This document shows positions 35,921 to 45,674 of a stretch of 51,962 nt of DNA, one piece after another. Numbering within the stretch: position 1 is the first letter of the stretch; every line of letters starts with the position of its first letter. The notes under the pieces were generated by a model. It worked only from the letters and a program-made list of their open reading frames with translations, had not been told where the DNA came from and did not search any database. The translations under genes were made by a program, and so were the position numbers. Source of the DNA: Clostridia bacterium (GTDB taxonomy: Bacteria; Bacillota; Clostridia; Oscillospirales; CAG-272); the NCBI GenBank assembly GCA_017648085.1, contig JAGCJI010000069.1:1-51962 (forward strand), read 5' to 3'.

Positions 35921-36088
35921 ACTGCGCTAAAAAAAGCAGCACCCAACTTACGCTCCTTCTCCTTCCTGTCAAAGCATCACTTTGGCGGATTTTCTGTTTT
36001 TTTCACGCGGTACTCGGATTTTGAGGCGAATCTGAAAGCACGAAATCGATCTTTTATTCTGCAAGAATAAAAAAAGGTGAAAAAGGCA

Positions 36089-36118
36089 TTGACTTTTGTC
36101 TCGCGCGTGTGGTAATAT
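36089..36118 (+). promoter_or_regulatory. Sigma-70 promoter of the 1747-aa secreted protein gene
   Basis: TTGACT, an 18-nt spacer, then TG-G-TAATAT (extended -10). It lies 45 nt upstream of the ATG, and a GGGAGATG RBS follows. Confidence 0.6.
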
Positions 36119-36162
36119 TAAATATGTTTAAAAAATATTGAATTTATTTTGGGAGATGTAAG

Positions 36163-39100
36163 ATGAAAAAAGTAACGAAAATTTTGTTGCTTCTGCTCGT
36201 TGCTACCTTGATTTGCGCCGGTGCCGGACTTTATGCGTTCTCGGCAACCGCAAATTCAAGCATTACGGGCAAGGCGGCTGATTCCTCCTATGCCTTCAAG
36301 GTCTTTAAGCCTTCCACGGCAAACGGAACGACTGGATCGACGAACAAGTACACGGCAAACAGCCTATCAACGCTGAAAAACGCACTTAATAGCGGTATCG
36401 ACGGTACGGTAATTACGCTTTTAAGTGACGTTACGATAACCACCGATAAGGATGCGGCGTTAAACGTTTCAGGCGTAAAATACATAGACCTTAACGGTTA
36501 TTCCATAACCTTTATTGCCAAGCCGAGCGTACAGTCTGCAACGGGCTACGGATTTATGCTTAACCCGAATTCCACTCTCTACGTATATTCATCCGATGCG
36601 AGCTACACGGCTCAAATCAGAACCTACGTTGACGGAACTGTCTACGTGGCAAACGGAAGCACGCCCATGGACGACTATAAAAACCACGTAATGCCCATAT
36701 TTAATATGCGCTACGATAACAGCACTCTGTATTTCGGAACAATCGACAATGCGCCTGTGTCAAATTCTGCAGGTACTGCCGTGTCCAGACGCGCAGTAAG
36801 CGGCGACAATATCGTTACGTATGCTAACGCTCTTTTTTCCTCCCTTAAGGCGTCTTACAAGGCTAACCCCGTAGGCTCGAAGGCTTACATACGCGGAGGT
36901 ACGCACTACCAGACCGCGATAGGACACGAGCGTGTGGGCGGCGACGGCAGCAGCTTTATTACCTCATATACGGGAGTAGACATCATCCTTGAGGATGCTA
37001 CGTTTATATCGACTGTATCCAGCGGACTTATTTCCACGTGCGTAAGACTTGCCACCTCGACCGTGGATAACACGACTAACTACATTGCTCCCGCGGACGG
37101 AAATATCACCGCAAACCGTTGCAAATTTTACTCCGAGGGAACGATTATAGCACAGGCGTACGAGAGCGTACACACCGATAACACGTATCCCGGCGGCATC
37201 AAGCTCTCCTCTATTGAATTTAACAACTGTTATTTTGCAGGAACAGCTCTCAGTAACGACGCAAGCAACGGCTCTCCCGATTTCAACAACTGTTATTTTG
37301 CTTCGGCGGCAACGATCCCCGGCTCTTCCAACAAGACGGTATCCACCAACAAATCCTACACCTTTAACGTACCGACTGCAACATACACCTATGCTGCGGA
37401 CGGATCGGTCACGTTTTCCCTCTCCGCTGCAAAATCCGTGCCCGCGAATTTCTTCGTAAAGACAGCCACAGAGGGCAACTATGCAACGATAACCTGGAAC
37501 GGCTACGGAAAAACGGAGGTAACATATTGGGATAACGACAGATCGGTAGTCCCCACCCCCGCATTTGTTCCCGAATCCTCAGGTCTTTATAAGTATCAGT
37601 ACACCACGACCATCAAAGCGGTTACGGGTGATGCGACTTATAATCTTGAGCCTACCATAAACTTTCCGTTTATGACCAACCTCACGCTGTACGCGCACTT
37701 CGTATACAACGTATATATCCCCAAGGATATTGCCGATTCCCCTGAATTCATATCGGTTTTCCTTGACGGCAAAGCACAGGAGCTTAAAAATGTCGTTACC
37801 GTTTCGGGCGAAAAGTACTATGTGCTCTCACACGAGCTTCCCGCAAGCGTAGCGGATCAGAGCTTCGATCTCACTATGCGTATTGAGGGATATGAGGAAA
37901 CCTTTGACTATACGAAGGCTCTGTCGATCCCCGACTACGTATCTGCAGTAACGAACGGCAACTATTCGGCGGAGGCAAAGGCACTTGTAAGCTCCGCTGA
38001 CACTTATATAAAAGCGGCGCGCAATTACTATACCGACTCCTCGCTTTACGCGGTCCCCGAGCTTGAGAAAATAGTGGGTAAGCCCGCGTCGCAGATTCCC
38101 GCAGCCCTTTCCGATACTCTTTACGGAGTAACGCTGGAGCTTGGCGGAACTATAAAATTCAGACTCTTTATCTATAAAAATGCCCCTGATTTCACTTTCA
38201 GCTATCAGATCAACAACGTCCGCAAGGAATTTAGCTCAAGCGAAGTCACTATGACTGAAATTCCCGATTCTGACCTCTGCTACTTTGATATATCGGTTTC
38301 CGCGTTTGACCTGCGCGATACTGTAAGAATAATTTCAAGCGACGGAACGGTATACTACTACTCACTTGCAAACTATATCTACTCCGTACAAGGCGAATCC
38401 TCGCACCTTACGACTCTTATGGACGCTATTTGGGAATACTCCGTCTGCAGTGAAGAGTACGCAAGCGTATTTAACTCTCAGTCACCCACCATACAGGTTA
38501 CCATCTCCGGTTCGGAAATCGATGCTATCGTAGCAACCAACGCGGCGGAAATGAAGGCGGCAGAGATAATTCAGAACGCTCTTGCAGAGGTCACGGGTAT
38601 TACAGTACCGATCACAAGCACGGCAACCTCCGGTGCTAACGTAATAGTAACCGTCACCGCTCCGGTTGCGGCATACGACGCAAAGGCGTACGTAAAGAGT
38701 GGCGACCTGTACATAGAATGCGGATATGCATCCTTTACCTACAGTGCGGCAAGTCAGTTTGTAAACAACTACATAATTCGACTCGGCTCGTCCTACAACT
38801 TTGCCACCAGATTTACCACAAGCTTCTACACGGATGAGATCTACTACTCCGACTTCGGTGCGGTAGGCGACGGCGTTACCGACGACTTCTTCGCTATGAA
38901 GGCGGCGCACGATATGGCAAACGCAACAAAGCGTCACACGGTACGCGCCGACAGCGGAAAAACCTATCTTATAGAGGACACCCGCGATCCTTCCGGCAAG
39001 GTGCATCAAATCTCCATCACCTCAAACGTTAATTGGGGTAATGCAAACATCATAATTAAGGACACAAACTTCTCCGCCTTTGACGGAACCGGCGTAACCG

Positions 39101-41406
39101 GACGGAATATTTTCGTGGTTGCACCCGATAAGTCGGCAATCAAGATCAACGATCAAGAAACGATCGCAAGGATCCTCGCCGCCGGACTTGGTCCCGACAC
39201 CACCAAGATCGATCTCGGCATCGGCAAGAGCGCAATGCTCATCCCTTACAATACCTCTCACAAGGTATACCGTCGTATAGGCTACGGCAAGTACGAAGGT
39301 CACGATATGCACGAAATAATCCTGATTGACGAGGAAGGTAACGTCAGCTCCGAAACACCCGTAGTCTTTAACTACTCCTCTCTTGATTACATTCTGGTTT
39401 ACGACATCGACGAAACACCCATTACCGTAGAAGGCGGTATTATAACCACCCTCGCATCGCACGTTGATATCGTTCAAAGAGATGAAAACGGGAACGTGAT
39501 CGGCGCATATAACTCGTTCATCAATCGCGGACTCAAGGTCATGCGCTCAAACACCACCGTAAAGAACGTACAGCACTATGTAGAGGGCGAGATAACCCTT
39601 GCAGAGCAGGAGGAGGGAATCCTCGGTGCTCCGTATCACGGATTCTTCTGCACCGAATCCGTACATAACGTAACCTTTGATTCATGCGTTCTTACCGGTA
39701 GAAGATGCTACAGTAAATCATACCTGCCCGGTGCCGGCAGCGGCGCAACGGGAAGCTACGATTACACCGTAGACGCCTCCAATAAAGTAATCTTTAAAAA
39801 CTGCACACAGTCTAACTTCTGGATCAAGCCAATCTATGATAGCAACAGACAGATAATTGACGTAGTACCGGCGCAGGAGGGCGAAGAGGGCGCACGGCTC
39901 AGCATGACCAGAATGCAGTATAAGCCCGGCAGCCATATCAACTTCAAAAGATATTGGGGTCTTGGCGGCTCTAACCACTCAAAAAATATGTCGTTTATAG
40001 ACTCGCGCATGTCCCGATTTGACTCTCACTCCGGACTTTATAACGCGTACATTATCAACTCCGACGTTAACGGCATCTCTCTCACCGGTGGCGGCGAAAT
40101 GATTATTGAAAACTCCAGATGGTTTGCAAACGCCGACGGCGGAGCTGACTCCTTCGTGGATTTGAGAGGCGACTACGGTTCAACGTGGAACGGTACTCTT
40201 ACGCTGAAGGATTCCACGGCTTACGTCGTTCCGAATTACAGCTTTTCGATCATCGGAACTTCGTACAGCAACTGGGATTTCGGATACACGGGATGTTTCC
40301 CGAACCTCGTTATAGACAATATTACCATCCTTGACATTAACGGCAACTCGATTATTGACTCAAACGGAAATCCCCTCTCTAAGTACGTATCCTCAACCTC
40401 TGCCGGAAACAATATATTCGACATGAACGGTAAAATAAGGCTTATCGCGGCAGAAAGCGGACAAAACGTACTTGACCGCGAACCGAACGTTCACCTTTCC
40501 GAAACGCAGAACACCGCTCCCATATTCGCATACGTTGACGAGGACGGTGACGGATACGTTGACGACATCTTCGAGGTTTGCGGAATAAAGGTTCCCTACG
40601 ATAAAAAGATAGGCTTTGTTCCCGATGAAACACTTTATCCCAACGTTCAGCTTGCGGCAGACAACACCGGACTTCAGGTAACTACCTCAAATTACAACCT
40701 GAACCCGATAACTCCCCCTGAAAGCATCGTAATTAAAAACGATAAGTACAGCTACTACATTCCGTTTACCAAAAACGGAGCAAGCAGCACTTTCTTCGAT
40801 AACACCTACGTTTCTATAAACGGAACGACGGTAAACGGCACCACCCCCGAATCCCCCAAGGTCCCCGAATACGTAGCACCCGACGCGGCTGACGGTCTCG
40901 TATATAACGGCAGTGCTCAACAGCTCCTCTCACCCGGCACAGCAAATGGAGGAACCATGATGTCCAAGATTGCCGGAGGTATCTATTCGACCGAAAGACC
41001 AACCGCAACTAACGCCGGAACATACGTCGTGTTCTACAAGATCGTAGGCGACGACGGATATACGGACGTTGATGAAGCAAGTATTACGGTCATTATAGAA
41101 AAGGCAATTCCCACGGTTACACCTCCCACAGTTAAAACCGACCTTATGTACAATGCATCTATGCAGGAGCTTGTTATCCCCGGCGTTGCGGAGGGATGCA
41201 CCGTTCTTTACAGAATCGGAAACAGCGGAGAATTCTCTAATAATATCCCCACCGCTACCGAGGTAGGCACGTACGTCGTTTACTATAAGATAGTAGGTGG
41301 CACTAACTACCACGACGCCGAGGGCGGAAGCATAACCGTAACTATAAGCGTTATTCCCGAAGAATACTTCGAACCCACAGAAACCCCCGTGGTTTCCGCA
41401 AAATAA
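36163..41406 (+). CDS. Giant secreted multidomain protein. It has an N-terminal beta-helix-like region, beta-sandwich modules, one copy of the ~650-aa array-type beta-helix module and two C-terminal Ig/MBG-like repeats.
   Basis: 1747 aa with a Sec signal peptide (MKKVTKILLLLLVATLICAGAGLYAFSATA). Residues ~890-1555 (nt ~38830..40830) are collinear with P1-P5: YYSDFGAVGDGVTDDFFAMKAAHDMAN, RRCYSK, YWGLGGSNHSKNMSFIDSRMSRFDSHSGL, GDYGSTWNGT, DEDGDGYVDD. The last ~165 aa hold two ~85-aa repeats (L.YN(G/A)S.Q.L..PG.A.G......I......PTAT..GTYVV.YKIVG...Y.D.....ITV.I). There is no LPXTG or other recognisable anchor. Confidence 0.9.
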   Translation: MKKVTKILLLLLVATLICAGAGLYAFSATANSSITGKAADSSYAFKVFKPSTANGTTGSTNKYTANSLSTLKNALNSGIDGTVITLLSDVTITTDKDAALNVSGVKYIDLNGYSITFIAKPSVQSATGYGFMLNPNSTLYVYSSDASYTAQIRTYVDGTVYVANGSTPMDDYKNHVMPIFNMRYDNSTLYFGTIDNAPVSNSAGTAVSRRAVSGDNIVTYANALFSSLKASYKANPVGSKAYIRGGTHYQTAIGHERVGGDGSSFITSYTGVDIILEDATFISTVSSGLISTCVRLATSTVDNTTNYIAPADGNITANRCKFYSEGTIIAQAYESVHTDNTYPGGIKLSSIEFNNCYFAGTALSNDASNGSPDFNNCYFASAATIPGSSNKTVSTNKSYTFNVPTATYTYAADGSVTFSLSAAKSVPANFFVKTATEGNYATITWNGYGKTEVTYWDNDRSVVPTPAFVPESSGLYKYQYTTTIKAVTGDATYNLEPTINFPFMTNLTLYAHFVYNVYIPKDIADSPEFISVFLDGKAQELKNVVTVSGEKYYVLSHELPASVADQSFDLTMRIEGYEETFDYTKALSIPDYVSAVTNGNYSAEAKALVSSADTYIKAARNYYTDSSLYAVPELEKIVGKPASQIPAALSDTLYGVTLELGGTIKFRLFIYKNAPDFTFSYQINNVRKEFSSSEVTMTEIPDSDLCYFDISVSAFDLRDTVRIISSDGTVYYYSLANYIYSVQGESSHLTTLMDAIWEYSVCSEEYASVFNSQSPTIQVTISGSEIDAIVATNAAEMKAAEIIQNALAEVTGITVPITSTATSGANVIVTVTAPVAAYDAKAYVKSGDLYIECGYASFTYSAASQFVNNYIIRLGSSYNFATRFTTSFYTDEIYYSDFGAVGDGVTDDFFAMKAAHDMANATKRHTVRADSGKTYLIEDTRDPSGKVHQISITSNVNWGNANIIIKDTNFSAFDGTGVTGRNIFVVAPDKSAIKINDQETIARILAAGLGPDTTKIDLGIGKSAMLIPYNTSHKVYRRIGYGKYEGHDMHEIILIDEEGNVSSETPVVFNYSSLDYILVYDIDETPITVEGGIITTLASHVDIVQRDENGNVIGAYNSFINRGLKVMRSNTTVKNVQHYVEGEITLAEQEEGILGAPYHGFFCTESVHNVTFDSCVLTGRRCYSKSYLPGAGSGATGSYDYTVDASNKVIFKNCTQSNFWIKPIYDSNRQIIDVVPAQEGEEGARLSMTRMQYKPGSHINFKRYWGLGGSNHSKNMSFIDSRMSRFDSHSGLYNAYIINSDVNGISLTGGGEMIIENSRWFANADGGADSFVDLRGDYGSTWNGTLTLKDSTAYVVPNYSFSIIGTSYSNWDFGYTGCFPNLVIDNITILDINGNSIIDSNGNPLSKYVSSTSAGNNIFDMNGKIRLIAAESGQNVLDREPNVHLSETQNTAPIFAYVDEDGDGYVDDIFEVCGIKVPYDKKIGFVPDETLYPNVQLAADNTGLQVTTSNYNLNPITPPESIVIKNDKYSYYIPFTKNGASSTFFDNTYVSINGTTVNGTTPESPKVPEYVAPDAADGLVYNGSAQQLLSPGTANGGTMMSKIAGGIYSTERPTATNAGTYVVFYKIVGDDGYTDVDEASITVIIEKAIPTVTPPTVKTDLMYNASMQELVIPGVAEGCTVLYRIGNSGEFSNNIPTATEVGTYVVYYKIVGGTNYHDAEGGSITVTISVIPEEYFEPTETPVVSAK

Positions 41407-41414
41407 AATGAAAG

Positions 41415-41455
41415 CCGCGCGGCAGAAATCTCTGCCGCGCGGTGTTTTTATTTTG
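41415..41455. terminator. Terminator between the convergent giant-protein gene and clpB (probably bidirectional)
   Basis: CCGCGCGGCAG-aaatct-CTGCCGCGCGG forms an 11-bp stem followed by TGTTTTTATTTT on the plus strand. The minus-strand side is followed by CTTTCATTTTA. Confidence 0.75.
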
Positions 41456-41504
41456 ATAAGCTTTTAAAGTTTCTCCGCAAAATCGCGCTTGCGAGTCGAT
41501 TTTT

Positions 41505-44099
41505 CTAGCTTACCGTAGCCGTCAGCGTGCCGTTATAGTCGACCGTCAAGGTGGATTCGGGTGCTACGTCCTCTCCGATCATCTTGCGCGCAATCAGCGT
41601 TTCAAGGTTTGAGGAAAGGAATCGCTTCAGGGGGCGTGCGCCGTAAATCGGGTCGTAAGCGGAATCTGCTATATAAGAGCAAGCCGCATCGGTCACCTTC
41701 AAAACGAGCCTCTGCTCCTCAAGCCTTTCACCGAGCGCATTTATCGCGAGTCGGAGAATTTCCATAACGTCGGAGCGCGAGAGGGGTTTAAAATAAATTA
41801 TCTCGTCAAGCCGGTTTAAAAACTCGGGGCGGAAGGAACGCTTCAGAAGCTCGCCTATCATACCGCGTGCCGATTCGCTGATATCACCGTTTTCGATTCC
41901 CTCAAGAATTATATCAGAGCCAAGGTTTGAGGTCATAATTATAACGGTGTTTTTAAAATCGACCGTTCTTCCCTGGCTGTCGGTGATCCTACCGTCGTCA
42001 AGCACCTGTAAAAGCACGTTAAATACATCCGGGTGTGCCTTCTCTATTTCGTCAAAAAGCACCACTGCGTATGGCCTGCGGCGCACCGCCTCGGTAAGCT
42101 GTCCGCCCTCGTCATACCCAACGTAGCCGGGAGGCGCTCCGATAAGCCTGGATACGCTGTATTTTTCCATATATTCCGACATGTCGATTCTCACAAGATT
42201 CTTTTCGTCATCAAAAAGAGATGCCGCAAGAGCCTTTGCGAGCTCGGTTTTTCCGACGCCGGTAGGGCCGAGGAACATAAAAGAGCCTATGGGGCGCTTC
42301 GGGTCGCGTATCCCCGCCCGAGAGCGAAGAATTGCGCTGCAAACCTTGCTGACACCCTCATCCTGACCTATTACGCGCCGATGGAGAATATCTTCCATAT
42401 GGAGAAGCTTTTCGCGCTCCCCTTCCATAAGCTTCGCGACGGGAATACCCGTCCACCGTGCAACGGTTTTGGCTATTTCCTCCTCTGTCACGGCGTTGCG
42501 AAGGAGTGACGCTCCTTCTTTTTTCTGTTCCTCCGCCTCTGCCTCGGCAAGCTCATTTTTAAGCGATGGCAGCCTTCCGTACTTCAGCTCTGCTGCGAGA
42601 GTCAGGTTGTATTCATTTTCCGCCTTTTCTATCTCGGAAGAAACTCTTTCTATCTCCTCGCGCAGACGGCTCGCCCGTCCTATCGTCGCCTTCTCGTTTT
42701 CCCATCTTGCCGTCATTGCCGACAGGGTATCGCGATGCTCGGAAAGCTCGCCGCGTAATAGCTCAAGCCGCTTTAGCGAAAGCTTATCCTGTTCCTTTTT
42801 GAGTGCCGCCTCCTCAATTTCAAGCTGCATGATTTTCCGCGCTATCTCGTCCATTTCGGTAGGCATGGAATTCATTTCCGTCTTAATAAGCGCGCACGCC
42901 TCGTCGACGAGGTCGATTGCCTTGTCGGGCAAAAATCTGTCTGATATATATCTGGCAGAGAGCGTAGCGGCGGATATAAGTGCAGGGTCGTGTATCTTTA
43001 CTCCGTGATAAACCTCGTATCTTTCCTTCAGTCCGCGCAAAATCGAGATGGTATCCTCGACGCTCGGCTCGGGTACGGTGACCGGCTGGAAGCGACGCTC
43101 CAAGGCGGCGTCCTTCTCGATATACTGCCTGTATTCGTTGAGGGTGGTCGCACCGATACAATGCAATTCGCCGCGCGCAAGCATAGGCTTTAAAAGGTTT
43201 CCCGCATCCATCGCTCCGTCGGTTTTACCTGCGCCGACGATAGTGTGAAGCTCATCGATAAAAAGTATTATTTTACCCTCGGAGGACTTGACCTCGGAAA
43301 GCACCGCCTTAAGTCGCTCCTCAAATTCACCGCGGTATTTAGCACCCGCAACGAGCGCACCCATGTCAAGCGAAAAAATGCTTCTGTCCTTTAGATTTTC
43401 CGGCACGTCTCCGCGCACGATCCGCTGTGCAAGTCCCTCCGCGATAGCGGTTTTACCGACGCCCGGCTCACCGATAAGACAGGGGTTGTTCTTGGATTTT
43501 CGCGATAGGATTCTTATTACGTTTCTTATTTCGTCATCTCTGCCTATAACTGGATCAAGCTTATGCTCTCGCGCAAGCACGACGAGATCCTGGCCGTATT
43601 TTTCAAGCACATTGTACGTGCTTTCGGGATTGTCGTTAGTTACCTTCATATTACCTCTTATCTTTTTTAACGCCGAAAGAAATTCGCTTTTCTTTACTCC
43701 GAATTTTAAAAACGCGTCCCTAACTCTTTTTGAGCCCTGCTCAAATTCGGCAAGCATAATATGCTCAACCGATACGTATTCGTCGCCCATATCCCGCGAT
43801 ATTTTCTCCGAAGCGGCTATAACCCCCTCAAGCTCGCGGGAGGCGTAAACTCTGTCGGGTGAATATCCCGAGCCTGAGGCATGGGGTAAAGAATCAACGA
43901 TAGCCGAAAGATGAGAATGCAGTCCGTCTGCGTCTACTCCCGCAGCGATAAGCAGCTCCGGAATAAGTCCGCCCTCGCTTCCCACGAGTGCCAGCGCCAA
44001 GTGAACGTCGTCAACCGTCGCACAGGAAGCCGCAACGGCTGAATTCTGCGCCTCGCGAAGTGCCGCAAGGCTTTTAGCCGTGTATTTTTCGGGATTCAT
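41505..44099 (-). CDS. clpB: ATP-dependent disaggregase chaperone ClpB
   Basis: 864 aa. It has two AAA+ modules (GEPGVGKTA and GPTGVGKTE Walker A motifs) and a long middle coiled-coil between NBD1 and NBD2, typical of ClpB rather than ClpA/ClpC. An N-terminal Clp_N repeat is present. Confidence 0.95.
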   Translation of the reverse strand: MNPEKYTAKSLAALREAQNSAVAASCATVDDVHLALALVGSEGGLIPELLIAAGVDADGLHSHLSAIVDSLPHASGSGYSPDRVYASRELEGVIAASEKISRDMGDEYVSVEHIMLAEFEQGSKRVRDAFLKFGVKKSEFLSALKKIRGNMKVTNDNPESTYNVLEKYGQDLVVLAREHKLDPVIGRDDEIRNVIRILSRKSKNNPCLIGEPGVGKTAIAEGLAQRIVRGDVPENLKDRSIFSLDMGALVAGAKYRGEFEERLKAVLSEVKSSEGKIILFIDELHTIVGAGKTDGAMDAGNLLKPMLARGELHCIGATTLNEYRQYIEKDAALERRFQPVTVPEPSVEDTISILRGLKERYEVYHGVKIHDPALISAATLSARYISDRFLPDKAIDLVDEACALIKTEMNSMPTEMDEIARKIMQLEIEEAALKKEQDKLSLKRLELLRGELSEHRDTLSAMTARWENEKATIGRASRLREEIERVSSEIEKAENEYNLTLAAELKYGRLPSLKNELAEAEAEEQKKEGASLLRNAVTEEEIAKTVARWTGIPVAKLMEGEREKLLHMEDILHRRVIGQDEGVSKVCSAILRSRAGIRDPKRPIGSFMFLGPTGVGKTELAKALAASLFDDEKNLVRIDMSEYMEKYSVSRLIGAPPGYVGYDEGGQLTEAVRRRPYAVVLFDEIEKAHPDVFNVLLQVLDDGRITDSQGRTVDFKNTVIIMTSNLGSDIILEGIENGDISESARGMIGELLKRSFRPEFLNRLDEIIYFKPLSRSDVMEILRLAINALGERLEEQRLVLKVTDAACSYIADSAYDPIYGARPLKRFLSSNLETLIARKMIGEDVAPESTLTVDYNGTLTATVS

Positions 44100-44196
44100 T
44101 AAATCACCTCTTTTATCATTTGGATGTGTTGTCTGCTTATAGTTTACTATTAAATTATGAACAAATAAAGTACAAACCGTGTATATTGTGTAAATG

Positions 44197-44223
44197 TTGG
44201 CACTCCACGTACAAGAGTGCTAA
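44197..44223. promoter_or_regulatory. CIRCE operator (HrcA binding site) upstream of clpB
   Basis: TTGGCACTC-N9-GAGTGCTAA compared with the consensus TTAGCACTC-N9-GAGTGCTAA shows one mismatch. It lies 98-124 nt upstream of the clpB ATG. Confidence 0.8.
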
Positions 44224-44250
44224 TTTTGTAAAGATGCTCCGCTATGCCTA

Positions 44251-44279
44251 TTGACAAATTCGGTATTTTGATGTATTAT
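44251..44279 (+). promoter_or_regulatory. Sigma-70 promoter of the Fur-family/permease operon
   Basis: TTGACA, a 17-nt spacer, then TATTAT. Confidence 0.65.
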
Positions 44280-44285
44280 ATATCT

Positions 44286-44307
44286 AAATTGAGAGTAACT
44301 CTCATTT
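44286..44307. promoter_or_regulatory. 7-1-7 inverted repeat: candidate Fur-family operator (autoregulation)
   Basis: AAAT-TGAGAGT-A-ACTCTCA-TTTT lies between the -10 element and the RBS of the Fur-family gene. The 7-1-7 core is perfect, with A/T-rich flanks as in Fur/Zur/PerR boxes, but the core sequence is unlike their consensus sequences. Confidence 0.5.
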
Positions 44308-44325
44308 TTCAAAAAGGAATTTTAT

Positions 44326-44733
44326 ATGACCTACAATACGGAAAAACGGACTGAAATTTTAAACTTCTTCTCCGAGGCGAGGAGCGTTTCCCACTCGGCA
44401 GAGGAAATATGCCGCGCAATTCTTACCGACGGACGAGGAAAAAGCACGGTTTACCGAATTATCTCTAAGCTTGTTGACGAGGGGGTTATCAATCGCATAA
44501 CGGACCAAAAAACCCGACGCGTAACCTACCAATATATGAATAAGGGAGCTTGCCACGAGCATCTGCACCTCAAATGCAAGGAGTGCGGGAAGCTTATACA
44601 TCTTGACGACAAAATATCCGAGGTTCTGGAAAAAAGGATCAAGAGCCTTGCAGGCTTTGAGGTTGACGACGGAGCGATGCTTTATGGAAAATGCGAGGTA
44701 TGTCGATTTTCTTGCGGGGAGGTAAAGCTATGA
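44326..44733 (+). CDS. Fur-family metal-responsive transcriptional regulator (specificity unknown)
   Basis: 135 aa with an N-terminal winged-helix region (STVYRIISKLVDEGVI). Two Cys pairs are present (C..HLHLKCKECG and CEVCRF), typical of the Fur-family structural Zn site. Confidence 0.85.
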   Translation: MTYNTEKRTEILNFFSEARSVSHSAEEICRAILTDGRGKSTVYRIISKLVDEGVINRITDQKTRRVTYQYMNKGACHEHLHLKCKECGKLIHLDDKISEVLEKRIKSLAGFEVDDGAMLYGKCEVCRFSCGEVKL

Positions 44734-45638
44734 GCTTTCTCTTACACGCGCACGCCGAGGGGGGCATTTTTAAAACGCTTTTGAACGTGCTTCTTGACGG
44801 CATTCTTGACACCTTAATGATTATTCCGTTTTTATTTTTAACCTATCTTTTGATGGAATTCATCGAGCACAACGCGGCATCACGCGCGAGGCGTTTTATG
44901 GAAAAGGCGGGAGTAGCAGGCCCTGCGATCGGTGGTATTATCGGTGCGATACCGCAATGCGGATTCTCCGCGGCAGGCGCAAATCTTTACACGGGTAGAG
45001 TCATAACTGCCGGAACGTTGATTTCGGTCTTTCTCTCCACCTCCGACGAGATGCTGCCTATCCTTATAAGCGGAAGCGTATCTCCCACCGCGATTCTCAC
45101 GATAATTGCTTATAAGGCGGCGGTGGGAATTGCAGTCGGATTTGCCGTTGACATCGTATTAAGATTAGTTAGACGCGGCGAGCGCCCGATGTGCATATCT
45201 GAGATGTGTGATGATGACGGCTGTAGGTGCGAGGGGGGGATTTTCCGCTCTGCCCTCCACCACACCCTGACCGTCGGCGGCTTTGTATTTGCCGTAACGG
45301 TGCTTTCGGGTGCGCTAGTCAGCTTCGTTGGAACGGAGCGCATAAGTGCTATAATGTACGGCAAACCCGTTGTGAGTCATATTATTGCCGCTATTTTCGG
45401 TATGATACCCAACTGTGCCGCATCCGTATTACTGACGAATTTCTGTCTGTCGGGCTTTATCACGGTCGGCACTATGATGTCGGGACTCTTTTCGGGCGCA
45501 GGTGTAGGACTTTTGATGCTTTTCCGCTCTAACAAAAGGAGAATGCGCGAAAATATAGCGATCGCGCTTACCGTGCTGATCTCGGGAATTTTATTCGGTT
45601 TTCTTGCCGACGTATTAAATTTCTCCATCATACCATAA
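44730..45638 (+). CDS. Polytopic membrane permease with a Cys/Asp-rich cytoplasmic loop. It resembles the putative 10-TM heavy-metal exporter (ArsP_2-like) family.
   Basis: The ATG at 44730 overlaps the Fur-family gene stop (ATGA). About 8-10 hydrophobic segments are present, with a central loop ERPMCISEMCDDDGCRCEGG. The family assignment is from memory of the Fur-linked permease context and has not been verified. Confidence 0.6.
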   Translation: MSFLLHAHAEGGIFKTLLNVLLDGILDTLMIIPFLFLTYLLMEFIEHNAASRARRFMEKAGVAGPAIGGIIGAIPQCGFSAAGANLYTGRVITAGTLISVFLSTSDEMLPILISGSVSPTAILTIIAYKAAVGIAVGFAVDIVLRLVRRGERPMCISEMCDDDGCRCEGGIFRSALHHTLTVGGFVFAVTVLSGALVSFVGTERISAIMYGKPVVSHIIAAIFGMIPNCAASVLLTNFCLSGFITVGTMMSGLFSGAGVGLLMLFRSNKRRMRENIAIALTVLISGILFGFLADVLNFSIIP

Positions 45639-45674
45639 TATTATAAAGCTAGAGATTTTATAAAGGATTTATTT

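Noticed and set aside
22904-36162. Searched the flanks of the phage-like cluster for att-type direct repeats, a tRNA target or an integrase.
   Set aside because: The two flanks share only trivial matches of 7 nt or less (e.g. TACTCGG). No tRNA-like sequence and no recombinase ORF is present. The cluster is therefore not reported as an integrated mobile prophage.
359-41406. Considered a diversity-generating retroelement acting on the beta-helix or LRR proteins.
   Set aside because: No reverse transcriptase ORF is present, and no template/variable repeat pair with A-specific mismatches was seen in the window.
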